DNA of 64,000 nt from Tubulanus polymorphus. Taxonomy: Eukaryota; Animalia; Nemertea. The notes under the pieces were generated by a model that was not told the origin of the DNA, searched no databases, and was given only the letters and a program-made list of their open reading frames with translations. Positions 1 to 15,000 of the stretch are shown here, piece by piece. The position numbers and the translations under genes were made by a program. The stretch lies in NCBI RefSeq assembly GCF_964204645.1, contig NC_134033.1:13524655-13588654 (forward strand), written 5' to 3'. The stretch's first letter is position 1, and each line of letters begins with the position of its first letter.

Positions 1-3000
1 GTTGATGTGTCAGTCGAGGATGAAGTAGACGAATCCGTTGCTGATGTCGTATCGGTACTCGCCGAGGTCGATGTGTCTACCGCAGTGGAGGTGTCAGTCG
101 AAGACGAAATCGACGAATCCGTTGGTGATGTCGTCTCGGTGCTCACCGATGTCGATGTGTCTACCGTAGTGGAGCTGACAGTCGAGGATGACGTCGACGA
201 ATCCGTTGGTGTTGTCGTCTCGGCGCTCACCGAGGTCGATGTGTCTATCGAAGTGGATGTGTCAGTCGAGGATGAAGTAGACGAATCCGTTGGTGATGTC
301 GTATCGGTGCTCGCCGAGGTCGATGTGTCAACCGTAGTGGAGGTGTCAGTCGAAGATGAAGTCGACGAATCCGTTGGTGATGTCGTCTCGAAGCTCACCG
401 ATGTCGATGTGTCTACCGTAGTGGAGGTGTCAGTCGAGGACGAAGTAGACGAATCCGTTGGTGATGTCGTCACGGTGCTCGACGAGGTAGATATGTCTAC
501 CGAAGTTGAGCTGACAGTCGAGGACGTAGTAGACAAATCCGTTGTTAAGGTGGTATCGGTACTCGCCGAGGTCGATGTGTCTACCGTAGTGGAGCTGACA
601 GTCGAGGATGAAGTCGACGAATCCGTTGGTGTTGTCGTCTCGGTGCTCACCGAGGTCGATGTGTCTATCGAAGTGGATGTGTAAGTCGAGGATGAAGTAG
701 ACGAATCCGTTGGTGATGTCGTATCGGTGCTCGCCGAGGTCGATGTGTCAACCGTAGTGGAGGTGTCAGTCGAAGATGAAGTCGACGAATCCGTTGGTGA
801 TGTCGTCTCGGTGCTGACCGATGTCGATGTGTCCACCGTAGTGGAGCTGACAGTCGAGGATGAAGTAGACGAATCCGTTGGTGATGTCGTATCGGTGCTC
901 ACCGAGGTCGATGTGTCTACCGTAGTTGATGTGTCAGTCGAGGATGAAGTAGACGAATCCGTTGGTGATGTCGTATCGGTACTCGCCGAGGTCGATGTGT
1001 CTACCGTAGTGGAGCTGACAGTCGAGGATGAAGTCGATGAATCCTTCGGTGTTGTCGTCTCGGTGCTCACCGAGGTCGATGTGTCTACCGTAGTTGATGT
1101 GTCAGTCGAGGATGAAGTAGACGAATCCGTTGGTGATGTCGTCTCGGTGCTAGCCGATGTCGATGTGTCTACCGTAGTGGAGCTGACAGTGGAGGATGAA
1201 GTAGACGAATCCGTTGGTGATGTCGTCTCGATGCTCACCGATGTCGATGTGTCTACCGTAGTTGATGTGTCAGTCGAGGATGAAGTAGACGAATCCGTTG
1301 GTGATGTCGTCTCGGTGCTCACCGAGGTCGATGTGTCTATCGTAGTGGAGGGTTCAGTCGAGGACGAGGTAGACGAATCCGTTGTTAAGGTCGTATCGGT
1401 GCTCGCCGAGGTCGATGTGTCTACCGTAGTGGAGGTTTCAGTCGAGGACGAAGTAGACAAATCCGTTGATGAGGTCGTATCGGTACTCACCGAGGTCGAT
1501 GTGTCTACCGTAGTTGAGCTGACAGTCGAAGGAGAAGTAGATGAAATGGTTGGTGATGTCGTTTTGGTGCTAGCCGATGTCGATGTGTCTATCGTGGTTG
1601 ATGTGTCAGTTGAGGACGAAGTAGACGAATCCGTTAGTGATGTCGACTCGGTGCTCGACGAGGTCGATGTGTCTACTGTAGTGGATGTGTCAGTTGAGGA
1701 CGAAGTAGTCGAATCCGTTGGTGATGTCGACTCGGTGCTCGACGAGGTAGATGTGTCTACCGTTGTTGAGCTGACAGTCGAGGACGAAATAGACGAACCC
1801 GTTGGTGATGTCGTCTCGGTGCTCGCCGATGTTGATGTGTCCCTCGTAGTGGACGTGTCAGTCGAGGACGAAATAGACGAAACTGTTGTTGAGGTCGTAT
1901 CTGTGCTCACCGGGGTCGATGTGTCTACCGTAGTAGAGCTGGCAGTCGTGGATGAAATAGACGAATCCGTTGCCGATGTCGTCTCGGTGCTCGCCGAGGT
2001 CGATGTGTCTACCGTAGTGGATGTGTCAGTCGTCGAGGACGAAGTCGACGAAACCGTTGGTGATGTCGTCTCGGTGCTCGACGAGGTAGATGTATCTACC
2101 GTAGTTGAGCTGACAGTCGAAGGAGAAGTAGAAGAATCCGTTGGTGATGTCGTATCGGTGCTCGACGATATCGATGTGTCTACCGTAGTGGATGTGTCAG
2201 TTGCGGACGAAGTAGACGAATCCATTGGTGATGTCGTCACGGTGCTCGCCGATGTTGATATGTCCACCGTAGTGGAACTGGCAGTAGAGGACGAAGTTGA
2301 CGAATCAGTTGTTAAGGTCGTATCGCTACTCGCCAAGGTCGATATGTCCACCGTAGTGGATGTGTCAGTCGAGGACGAAATAGACGAATCCGTTGTTAAG
2401 GTCGTCTCTGTGCTCGCCGACGTCGATGTGTCTACCGTAGAGCTGACAGTCGAGGATGAAATAGACGAATCCGTTGGTGATGTTGTCTCGGTGCTCACCG
2501 TGGTAGATGTTTCTATCGTAGTTGAGCTGACAGTCGAAGGAGAAGTAGACGAATCCGTTGGTGATATCGTCACGGTGCTCGCCAATGTTGATGTGTCCAC
2601 CGTAGTGGATGTGTCAGTAGAGAACGAAGTAGACGAATCCGTTGGTGATGTCGTCACGGTGCTCGCCAATGTTGATGTGTTCACCGTAGTGGATGTGTCA
2701 GTCGAGGATGAAGTAGACGAATCTTTTGTGTTGGTCGTATCGGTGCTCGCCGATGTCGACGTGGTCACCGAAGTGGGGCTGGTAGTCGAGGAAGACGACG
2801 ACGAATCCGTTGGTGAGATATCCTCGGTACTCGCCGCAGTGGATGAATCAACTGTAGTGGAACTGAGAGTCGAGGATGACGTAGAAGAATCCGTTGGTGA
2901 GGTCACCTCGGTAGTCGCCGATGTGGAAGTATCAACTGTACTAGAGCTCAGAGTCGAGGACGACGACGACGAATCCGTTGGTGATGTCGTCACGGTGCTC

Positions 3001-6000
3001 GCCGATGTTGATGTGTCCACCGTAGTGGAACTGACAGTCGAGGACGAAGTAGACGAATCCGTGGTCAAGGTCGTATCGGTGCTCGCCGATGTCGATGTCG
3101 TCATCGAAGAGGGGCTGGTAGTCGAGGACGATGTAGACGAATCTATTAGTGATGTCGTCACGGTGCTCGCCGAGGTCGATGTGTCTACCGTAGTGGATGT
3201 GTCGGTCGAGGACGAAGTAGACGATTCCGTTGGTGATGTCGTCTCGGTGCTCGCCGATGTTGATGTGTCCACCGTAGTTGAGCTGACAGTCGAGGACGAA
3301 GTAGACAAATCCGTTGTTGATGTCGTCTCGGTGCTCGCCGATGTCGATGTGTCTACCGTAGTGGAGCTGACAGTCGAGGATGAAGTCGACGAATCCGTTG
3401 GTGTTGTCGACTCGGTGCTCACCGAGGTCGATGTGTCTACCGTAGTTGATGTGTCAGTCGAGGATGAAGTAGACGAATCCGTTGGTGATGTCGTCTCGGT
3501 GCTCGCCGATGTCGATGTGTCTATCGTAGTGGAGCTGACAGTCGAGGATGAAGTAGACGAATCCGTTGGTGATGTCGTCTCGGTGCTCGCCAATGTCGAT
3601 GTGTCTACCGTAGTGGAGCTGACAGTCGAGGATGTAGTCGACGAATCCGTTTGTGTTGTCGTCTTGGTGCTCACCGAGGTCGATGTGTCTACCGTAGGTG
3701 ATGTGTCAGTCGAGGATGAAGTAGAAGAATCCGTTGCCGATGTCGTCTCGGTGCTCGCCGAGGTCGATGTGTCTACCGTAGTGGATGTGTCAGTTGAGGA
3801 CGAAGTAGACGAATCTATTGGTGACGTCGTCTCGGTGCTCGACGAGGATGTGTCTACCGTAGTGGATGTGTCAGTCGAGGACGAAGTAGTCGAATCCGTT
3901 GGTGATGTCGACTCGGTGCTCGACGAGGTCGATGTGTCTACTGTAGTGGATGTGTCAGTTGAGGACGAAGTAGTCGAATCCGTTGGTGATGTCGACTCGT
4001 TGCTCGACGAGGTAGATGTGTCTACCGTTGTTGAGCTGACAGTCGAGGATGAAATCGAGGAATCCGTTGGTGATGTCGTCTCGGTGCTCGCCGAGGTCGA
4101 TGTGTCTACCGTAGAGCTGACAGACGAGGATGAAATAGACGAATCTGTTGCTGATGTCGACTCGGTGCTAGCCGATGTCGATGTGTCTATCGTGGTTGAT
4201 GTGTCAGTTGAGGACGAAGTAGACGAATCCGTTAGTGATGTCGACTCGGTGCTCGACGAGGTCGATGTGTCTACTGTAGTGGATGTGTCAGTTGAGGACG
4301 AAGTAGTCGAAACCGTTGGTGATGTCGTCTCGGTGCTCGACGAGGTAGATTTATCTACCGTAGTTGAGCTGAGAGTCGAAGGAGAAGTAGATGAAATGGT
4401 TGGTGATGTCGTTTCGGTGCTAGCCGATGTCGATGTGTCTATCGTGGTTGATATGTCAGTTGAGGACGAAGTAGACGAATCCGTTAGTGATGTCGACTCG
4501 GTGCTCGACGAGGTCGATGTGTCTACTGTAGTGGATGTGTCAGTTGAGGACGAAGTAGTCGAATCCGTTGGTGATGTCGACTCGGTGCTCGACGAGGTAG
4601 ATGTGTCTACCGTTGTTGAGCTGACAGTCGAGGACAAAATAGACGAACCCGTTGGTGATGTCGTCTCGGTGCTCGCCGATGTTGATGTGTCCCTCGTAGT
4701 GGACGTGTCAGTCGAGGACGAAATAGACGAAACTGTTGTTGAGGTCGTATCTGTGCTCACCGGGGTCGATGTGTCTACCGTAGTAGAGCTGGCAGTCGTG
4801 GATGAAATAGACGAATCCGTTGCCGATGTCGTCTCGGTGCTCGCCGAGGTCGATGTGTCTACCGTAGTGGATGTGTCAGTCGTCGAGGACGAAGTCGACG
4901 AAACCGTTGGTGATGTCGTCTCGGTGCTCGACGAGGTAGATGTATCTACCGTAGTTGAGCTGACAGTCGAAGGAGAAGTAGAAGAATCCGTTGGTGATGT
5001 CGTCACGGTGCTCGCCGATGTTGATGTGTCCACCGTAGTGGAACTGACAGTCGAGGACGAAGTAGACGAATCCGTGGTCAAGGTCGTATCGGTGCTCGCC
5101 GATGTCGATGTCGTCATCGAAGAGGGGCTGGTAGTCGAGGACGATGTAGACGAATCTATTAGTGATGTCGTCACGGTGCTCGCCGAGGTCGATGTGTCTA
5201 CCGTAGTGGATGTGTCGGTCGAGGACGAAGTAGACGATTCCGTTGGTGATGTCGTCTCTGTGCTCGCCGACGTCGATGTGTCTACCGTAGAGCTGACAGT
5301 CGAGGATGAAATAGACGAATCCGTTGGCGATGTCGCCTCGGTGCTCACCGTGGTAGATGTTTCTATCATAGTTGAGCTGACAGTCGAAGGAGAAGTAGAC
5401 GAATCCGTTGGTGATGTCGTCACGGTGCTCGCCGAGGTCGATGTGTCAACCGTGGTGGAGGTGTCAGTCGAGGACGAAGTAGACGAATCCGTTGTTAAGG
5501 TCGTATCGGTGCTCGCCAATGTCGATGTGGTCACCGACGTGGGACTGGTAGTCGAGGATGATGTTGACGAATACGTTGGTGATTTCGACTCGGTGCTCGA
5601 CGAGGTCGATGTGTCTACCGTTGTTGAGCTGACAGTCGTGGATGAAATAGACGAATCCGTTGCTGATGTCGTCTCGCTGCTCGCCGATGTCAAAGTGTCT
5701 ATCGTAGTGGATGTGTCAGTTGAGGACGAAGTAGACGAATCTATTGGTGACGTCGTCTCGGTGCTCGACGAGGATGTGTCTACCGTAGTGGATGTGTCAG
5801 TTGAGGACGAAGTAGTCGAATCCGTTGGTGATGTCGACTCGGTGCTCGACGAGGTCGATGTGTCTACTGTAGTGGATGTGTCAGTTGAGGACGAAGTAGT
5901 CGAATCCGTTGGTGATGTCGACTCGTTGCTCGACGAGGTAGATGTGTCTACCGTTGTTGAGCTGACAGTCGAGGATGAAATCGAGGAATCCGTTGGTGAT

Positions 6001-9000
6001 GTCGTCTCGGTGCTCGCCGAGGTCGATGTGTCTACCGTAGAGCTGACAGACGAGGATGAAATAGACGAATCTGTTGCTGATGTCGACTCGGTGCTAGCCG
6101 ATGTCGATGTGTCTATCGTGGTTGATGTGTCAGTTGAGGACGAAGTAGACGAATCCGTTAGTGATGTCGACTCGGCGCTCGACGAGGTAGATGTGTCTAC
6201 CGTAGTTGAGCTGATAGTCGACGATGAAGTAGACGAATCCATTGGTGATGTCGTCTCGGTGATCGCCGAGGTCGATGTGTCTACCGTTGTGGATGTGTCA
6301 GTTGAGGTCGAAGTAGACGAATCCGTTGTTAAGGTCCTATCGGTGCTCGCCAATGTCGATGTGGTCACCGACGTGGGACTGGTAGTCGAGGATGATGTTG
6401 ACGAATACGTTGGTGATGTCGACGAGGTGCTCGACAAGGTCGATGTGTCTACCGTTGTTGAGCTGACAGTCGTGGATGAAATAGACGAATCCGTTGCCGA
6501 TGTCGTCTCGGTGCTCGCCGAGGTCAAAGTGTCTATCGTAGTGGATATGTCAGTTGAGGACGAAGTAGACGAATCCATTGGTGACGTCGTCTCGGTGCTC
6601 GACGAGGGTGTGTCTACCGTAGTGGATTTTTCAGTTGAGGACGAAGTAGTCGAATCCGTTGGTGATGTCGTCACGGTGCTCGACGAGGTAGATATGTCTA
6701 CCGAAGTTGAGCTGACAGTCGAGGACGTAGTAGACAAATCCGTTGTTAAGGTGGTATCGGTACTCGCCGAGGTCGATGTGTCTACCGTAGTGGAGGTGTC
6801 AGTCGAAGATGAAGTTGACGAATCCGTTGGTGATGTCGTCTCGGTGCTGACCGATGTCGATGTGTCCACCGTAGTGGAGCTGACAGTCGAGGATGAAGTC
6901 GACGAATCCGTTGGTGATGTCGTCTCGGTGCTCACCGAGGTCGATGTGTCTACCGTAGTTGATGTGTCAGTCGTGGACGAAGTAGACGAATCCGTTGGTG
7001 ATGTCGTATCGGTGCTCGTCGATGTTGATTTGTCCACCGTAGTGGAGGTTTCAGTCGAGGACGAAGTAGACGAATCCGTTGGTGATGTCGTCTCGGTGCT
7101 CGACGAGGTCGATGTGTCTACCGTAGTTGAGCTGACAGTCGAAGACGAAGTAGACAAATCCGTTGATGAGGTCGTATCGGTACTCACCGAGGTCGATGTG
7201 TCTACCGTAGTGAAGGTGTCAGTCGAGGACGAAGTAGACGAATCCGTTGGTGATGTCGTCTCGGTGCTCGCCGATGTTGATGTGTCCACCGTAGTGGAGG
7301 TGTCAGTCGAGGACGAAGTAGACGAATCCGTTGGTGATATCGTCTCGGTGCTCGACGAGGTCGATGTGTCTACCGTAGTTGAGCTGACAGTCGAGGACGA
7401 AGTAGACAAATCCGTTGTTGAGGTCGTATCGGTACTCACCGAGGTCGATGTGTCTACCGTAGTGGAGCTGACAGTCGAGGATGAAGTAGACGAATCCGTT
7501 GGTGATGTCGTATCGCTGCTCGCCGAGGTCGATGTGTCTACCGTAGTGGAGGTGTCAGTCGAGGATGAAGTAGACGAATCCGTTGTTGATGTCGTATCGG
7601 TACTCGCCGAAGACGATGTGTCTACCGCAGTGGAGCTGACAGTCGGGGACGAAGTAGACGAATCCGTTGCTGATGTCGTCTCGATGCTCGACGATGTAGA
7701 TGTGTCTACCGTAGTAGAGGTGTCAGTCGTGGACGAAGTAGACGAATCCGTTGGTGATGTCGTATCGGTGCTCGCCGAGGTCGATGTGTCTACCGTAGTG
7801 GAGGTGTCAGTCGAAGATGAAGTCGACGAATCCGTTGGTGATGTCGTCTCGGTGCTCACCGATGTCGATGTGTCTACCGTAGTGGAGGTGTCAGTCGAGG
7901 ACGAAGTAGACGAATCCGTTGGTGATGTCGTCACGGTGCTCGACGAGGTAGATGTGTCTACCGAAGTTGAGCTGACAGTCGAGGACGTAGTAGACAAATC
8001 CGTTGTTAAGGTCGTATCGGTACTCACCGAGGTCGATGTGTCTACCGTAGTGGAGCTGACAGTCGAGATTGAAGTAGACGAATCCGTTAGTGATGTTGTA
8101 TCGGTACTCGCCGAGGTCGATGTGTCTACCGTAGTGGAGCTGACAGTCGAGGATGAAGTAGACGAATCCGTTGTTGATGTCGTATCGGTACTCGCCGAGG
8201 ACGATGTGTCTACCGTAGTTGATGTGTCAGTCGAGGATGAAGTAGACGAATCCGTTGGTGATGTCGTCTCGGTGCTCACCGATGTCGATGTGTCTACCGT
8301 AGTGGAGGTGTCAGTCGAGGACGAAGTAGATGAATCCGTTGGTGATGTCGTCACGGTGCTCGACGAGGTAGATGTGTCTACCGAAGTTGAGCTGAAAGTC
8401 GAGGACGTAGTAGACAAATCCGTTGTTAAGGTGGTAACGGTACTCGCCGAGGTCGATGTGTCTACCGTAGTGGAGCTGACAGTCGAGGATGAAGTCGACG
8501 AATCCGTTGGTGTTGTCGTCTCGGTGCTCACCGAGGTCGATGTGTCTATCGTAGTGGATGTGTCAGTCGAGGATGAAGTAGACGAATCCGTTGGTGATGT
8601 CGTATCGGTACTCGCCGAGGACGCTGTGTCTACCGTAGTGGAGCTGACAGTCGAGGATGCAGTAGACGAATCCGTTGGTGATGTCGTATCGGTGCTCACC
8701 GAGGTCGATGTGTCTACCGTAGTTGATGTGTCAGTCGAGGATGAAGTAGACGAATCCGTTGGTGATGTCGTATCGGTACTCGCCGAGGACGATGTGTCTA
8801 CCGCAGTGGAGCTGACAGTCGGGGACGAAGTAGACGAATCCGTTGCTGATGTCGTCTCGATGCTCGACGATGTAGATGTGTCTACCGTAGTAGTGGTGTC
8901 AGTCGTGGACGAAGTAGACGAATCCGTTGGTGATGTCGTCTCGGTGCTCACCGATGTCGATGTGTCTACCGTAGTGGAGGTGTCAGACGAGGACGAAGTA

Positions 9001-12000
9001 GACGTATCCGTTGGTGATGTCGTCACGGTGCTCGACGAGGTAGATGTGTCTACCGAAGTTGAGCTGACAGTCGAGGACGAAGTAGACAAATCCGTTGTTA
9101 ATGTCGTATCGGTACTCGCCGAGGTCGATGTGTCTACCGTAGTGGAGCTGACAGTCGAGGATGAAGTCGACGAATCCGTTGGTTTTGTCGTCTCGGTGCT
9201 CACCGAGGTCGATGTGTCTATCGTAGTGGATGTGTCAGTCGAGGATGAAGTAGACGAATCCGTTGGTGATGTCGTATCCGTACTCGCCGAGGACGATGTG
9301 TCTACCGCAGTGGAGCTGACAGTCGGGGACGAAGTAGACGAATCCGTTGCTGATGTCGTCTCGATGCTCGACGATGTAGATGTGTCTACCGTATTAGAGG
9401 TGTCAGTCGTGGACGAAGTAGACGAATCCGTTGGTGATGTCGTATCGGTGCTCGCCGAGGACGATATGTCAACCGTAGTGGAGGTGTCAGTCGAAGATGA
9501 AGTCGACGAATCCGTTGGTGATGTCGTCTCGGTGCTCACCGATGTCGATGTGTCTACCGTAGTGGAGGTGTCAGTCGAGGACGAAGTAGACGAGTCCGTT
9601 GGTGATGTCGTCACGGTGCTCGAAGAGGTAGATATGTCTACCGAAGTTGAGCTGACAGTCGAGGACGTAGTAGACAAATCCGTTGTTAAGGTGGTATCGG
9701 TACTCGCCGAGGTCGATGTGTCTACCGTAGTGGAGCTGACAGTCGAGGATGAAGTCGACGAATCCGTTGGTGTTGTCGTCTCGGTGCTCAACGAGGTCGA
9801 TGTGTCTATCGAAGTGGATGTGTAAGTCGAGGATGAAGTAGACGAATCCGTTGGTGATGTCGTATCGGTGCTCGCCGAGGTCGATGTGTCAACCGTAGTG
9901 GAGGTGTCAGTCGAAGATGAAGTCGACGAATCCGTTGGTGATGTCGTCTCGGTGCTGACCGATGTCGATGTGTCCACCGTAGTGGAGCTGACAGTCGAGG
10001 ATGAAGTAGACGAATCCGTTGGTGATGTCGTATCGGTGCTCACCGAGGTCGATGTGTCTACCGTAGTTGATGTGTCAGTCGAGGATGAAGTAGACGAATC
10101 CGTTGGTGATGTCGTATCGGTACTCGCCGAGGTCGATGTGTCTACCGTAGTGGAGCTGACAGTCGAGGATGAAGTAGACGAATCCGTTGGTGATGTCGTC
10201 TCGGTGCTAGCCGATGTCGATGTGTCTACCTTAGTGGAGCTGACAGTGGAGGATGAAATAGACGAATCCGTTGGTGATGTCGTATCGGTGCTCGCCGAGG
10301 TCGATGTGTCTACCGTAGTGGAGCTGACAGTCGAGGATGAAGTAGACGAATCCGTTGGTGATGTCGTCACGGTGCTCGCCGATGTCGATGTGTCTACCGT
10401 AGTTGATGTGTCAGTTGAGGATGAAGTAGACGAATCCGTTGGTGATGTCGTCTCGATGCTCGCCGAGGTCGAAGTGTCTACCGTAGTTGATGTGTCAGTT
10501 GAGGATGAAGTAGACGAATCCGTTGGTGATGTCATATCGGTGCTCACCGAGGTCGATGTGTCTATCGTAGTGGAGGTGTCAGTCGAGGACGAGGTAGACG
10601 AATCCGTTGTTAAGGTCGTATCGGTGCTCGCCGAGGTCGATGTGTCTACCGTAGTGGAGGTGTCAGTCGAGGACGAAGTAGACGAATCGGTTGGTGATGT
10701 CGTCTCGGTGCTCGTCGATGTTGATTTGTCCACCGTAGTGGAGGTTTCAGTCGAGGACGAAGTAGACGAATCCGTTGGTGATGTCGTCTCGGTGCTCGAC
10801 GAGGTCGATGTGTCTACCGTAGTTGAGCTGACAGTCGAGGACAAAGTAGACAAATCCGTTGATGAGGTCGTATCGGTACTCACCGATGTCGATGTGTCTA
10901 CCGTAGTGGAGGTGTCAGTCGAGGACGAAGTAGACGAATCGGTTGGTGATGTCGTCTCGGTGCTCGTCGATGTTGATTTGTCCACCGTAGTGGAGGTTTC
11001 AGTCGAGGACGAAGTAGACGAATCCGTTGGTGATGTCGTCTCGGTGCTCGACGAGGTCGATGTGTCTACCGTAGTTGAGCTGACAGTCGAGGACAAAGTA
11101 GACAAATCCGTTGATGAGGTCGTATCGGTACTCACCGAGGTCGATGTGTCTACCGTAGTGAAGGTGTCAGTCGAGGACGAAGTAGACGAATCCGTTGGTG
11201 ATGTCGTCTCGGTGCTCGCCGATGTTGATGTGTCCACCGTAGTGGAGGTGTCAGTCGAGGACGAAGTAGACGAATCCGTTGGTGATATCGTCTCGGTGCT
11301 CGACGAGGTCGATGTGTCTACCGTAGTTGAGCTGACAGTCGAGGACGAAGTAGACAAATCCGTTGTTGAGGTCGTATCGGTACTCACCGAGGTCGATGTG
11401 TCTACCGTAGTGGAGCTGACAGTCGAGGATGAAGTAGACGAATCCGTTGGTGATGTCGTATCGGTACTCGCCGAGGTCGATGTGTCTACCGTAGTGGAGC
11501 TGACAGTCGAGGATGAAGTAGACGAATCCGTTGTTGATGTCGTATCGGTACTCGCCGAGGACGATGTGTCTACCGCAGTGGAGCTGACAGTCGGGGACGA
11601 AGTAGACGAATCCGTTGCTGATGTCGTCTCGATGCTCGACGATGTAGATGTGTCTACCGTAGTAGAGGTGTCAGTCGTGGACGAAGTAAACGAATCCGTT
11701 GGTGATGTCGTATTGGTGCTCGCCGAGGTCGATGTGTCTACCGTAGTGGAGGTGTCAGTCGAAGATGAAGTCGACGAATCCGTTGGTGATGTCGTCTCGG
11801 AGCTCACCGATGTCGATGTGTCTACCGTAGTTGATGTGACAGTCGAGGACGAAGTAGACGAATCCGTTGGTGTTGTCGTCTCGGTGCTCACCGAGGTCGA
11901 TATGTCTACCGTAGTGGATGTGTCAGTCGAGGATGAAGTAGACGAATCCGTTGGGGATGTCGTATCGGTACTCGCCGAGGTCGATGTGTCTACCGTAGTG

Positions 12001-15000
12001 GAGCTGACAGTCGAGGATGTAGTCGACGAATCCGTTGGTGATGTCGTATCGGTACTCGCCGAGGTCGATGTGTCTACCGTAGTGGAGCTGACAGTCGAGG
12101 ATGAAGTCGACGAATCCGTTGGTGTTGTCGTCTCGGTGCTCACCGATGTCGATGTGTCTACCGTAGTTGATGTGACAGTCGAGGACGAAGTAGACGAATC
12201 CGTTGGTGATGTCGTCTCGGTGCTCACCGAGGTCGATGTGTCTACCGTAGTGGAGGTATCAATCGAGGACGAAGTAGACGAATCCGTTGGTGTTGTCGTC
12301 TCGGTGCTCACCGTGGTCGATGTGTCTATCGTAGTTGATGTGTCAGTCGAGGATGAAGAAGACGAATCCGTTGGTGATGTCGTATCGGTGCTCGCCGATG
12401 TTGATGTGTCCACCGTAGTGGAGGTGTCAGTCGAGGACGAAGTAGACGAATCCGTTGGTGACGTCGTCTCTGTGCTCGCCGATGTTGATGTGTCCACCGT
12501 GGTGGAGGTGTCAGTCGAGGACGAAGTAAACGAATCCGTTGGTGATGTCGTATCGGTACTCGCCGAGGTCGATGTGTCTACCGTAGTTGAACTGACAGTC
12601 GAGGATGTAGTCGACGAATCCGTTGGTGATGTCGTATCGGTACTTCCCGAGGTCAATGTGTCTACCGTAGTGGAGCTGACAGTCGAGGATGAAGTCGACG
12701 AATCCGTTGGTGTTGTCGTCTCGGTGCTCACCGATGTCGATGTGTCTACCGTAGTTGATGTGACAGTCGCGGACGAAGTAGACGAATCCGTTGGTGATGT
12801 CGTCTCGGTGCTCGCCGATGTTGATGTGTCCACCGTGGTGGAGGTGTCAGTCGAGGACGAAGTAAACGAATCCGTTGGTGATGTCGTCTCGGTGCTCGCC
12901 GATGTTGATGTGTCCACCGTAGTTGAGCTGACAGTCGAGGACGAAGTAGACAAATCCGTTGGTGATGTCGTCTCGGTGCTCGCCGATGTCGATGTGTCTA
13001 CCGTAGTGGAGCTGACAGTCGAGGATGAAGTCGACGAATCCGTTGGTGTTGTCGACTCGGTGCTCACCGAGGTCGATGTGTCTACCGTAGTTGATGTGTC
13101 AGTCGAGGATGAAGTAGACGAATCCGTTGGTGATGTCGTCTCGGTGCTCGCCGATGTCGATGTGTCTATCGTAGTGGAGCTGACAGTCGAGGATGAAGTA
13201 GACGAATCCGTTGGTGATGTCGTCTCGCTGCTCGCCAATGTCGATGTGTCTACCGTAGTGGAGCTGACAGTCGAGGATGTAGTCGACGAATCTGTTTGTG
13301 TTGTCGTCTTGGTGCTCACCGAGGTCCATGTGTCTACCGTAGGTGATGTGTCAGTCGAGGATGAAGTAGACGAATCCGTTGCCGATGTCGTCTCGGTGCT
13401 CGCCGAGGTCGATGTGTCTACCGTAGTGGATGTGTCAGTCGTCGAGGACGAAGTCGACGAAACCGTTGGTGATGTCGTCTCGGTGCTCGACGAGGTAGAT
13501 GTATCTACCGTAGTTGAGCTGACAGTCGAAGGAGAAGTAGAAGAATCCGTTGGTGATGTCGTATCGGTGCTCGACGATATCGATGTGTCTACCGTAGTGG
13601 ATGTGTCAGTTGAGGACGGAGTAGACGAATCCATTGGTGATGTCGTCACGGTGCTCGCCGATGTTGATGTGTCCACCGTAGTGAAACTGGCAGTCGAGGA
13701 CGAAGTTGACGAATCAGTTGTTAAGGTCGTATCGGTACTCGCCAAGTTCGATATGTCCACCGTAGTGGATGTGTCAGTCGAGGATGAAGTAGACGAATCC
13801 GTTGGTGATGTCGTCTCGGTGCTCGCCGATGTTGATGTGTCCACCGTAGTGGAGGTGTCAGTCGAGGACGAAGTAGACGAATCCGTTGGTGATATCGTCT
13901 CGGTGCTCGACGAGGTCGATGTGTCTACCGTAGTTGAGCTGACAGTCGAGGACGAAGTTGACAAATCCGTTGTTGAGGTCGTATCGGTACTCACCGAGGT
14001 CGATGTGTCTACCGTAGTGGAGCTGACAGTCGAGGATGAAGTAGACGAATCCGTTGGTGATGTCGTATCGGTACTCGCCGAGGTCGATGTGTCTACCGTA
14101 GTGGAGCTGACAGTCGAGGATGAAGTAGACGAATCCGTTGTTGATGTCGTATCGGTACTCGCCGAGGACGATGTGTCTACCGCAGTGGAGCTGACAGTCG
14201 GGGACGAAGTAGACGAATCCGTTGCTGATGTCGTCTCGATGCTCGACGATGTAGATGTGTCTACCGTAGTAGAGGTGTCAGTCGTGGACGAAGTAAACGA
14301 ATCCGTTGGTGATGTCGTATCGGTGCTCGCCGAGGTCGATGTGTCTACCGTAGTGGAGGTGTCAGTCGAAGATGAAGTCGACGAATCCGTTGGTGATGTC
14401 GTCTCGGTGCTCACCGATGTCGATGTGTCTACCGTAGTTGATGTGACAGTCGAGGACGAAGTAGACGAATCCGTTGGTGTTGTCGTCTCGGTGCTCACCG
14501 AGGTCGATGTGTCTACCGTAGTGGATGTGTCAGTCGAGGATGAAGTAGACGAATCCGTTGGGGATGTCGTATCGGTACTCGCCGAGGTCGATGTGTCTAC
14601 CGTAGTGGAGCTGACAGTCGAGGATGTAGTCGACGAATCCGTTGGTGATGTCGTATCGGTACTCGCCGAGGTCGATGTGTCTACCGTAGTGGAGCTGACA
14701 GTCGAGGATGAAGTCGACGAATCCGTTGGTGTTGTCGTCTCGGTGCTCACCGATGTCGATGTGTCTACCGTAGTTGATGTGACAGTCGAGGACGAAGTAG
14801 ACGAATCCGTTGGTGATGTCGTCTCGGTGCTCACCGAGGTCGATGTGTCTACCGTAGTGGAGGTATCAATCGAGGACGAAGTAGACGAATCCGTTGGTGT
14901 TGTCGTCTCGGTGCTCGCCGATGTTGATGTGTCCACCGTAGTGGAGGTGTCAGTCGAGGATGAAGTAGACGAATCCGTTGGTGATGTCGTCTCTGTGCTC

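Noticed and set aside
13099-13329. 76-aa minus-strand ORF in the track
   Set aside because: Alternative frame of the repeat, created by a single point variant.
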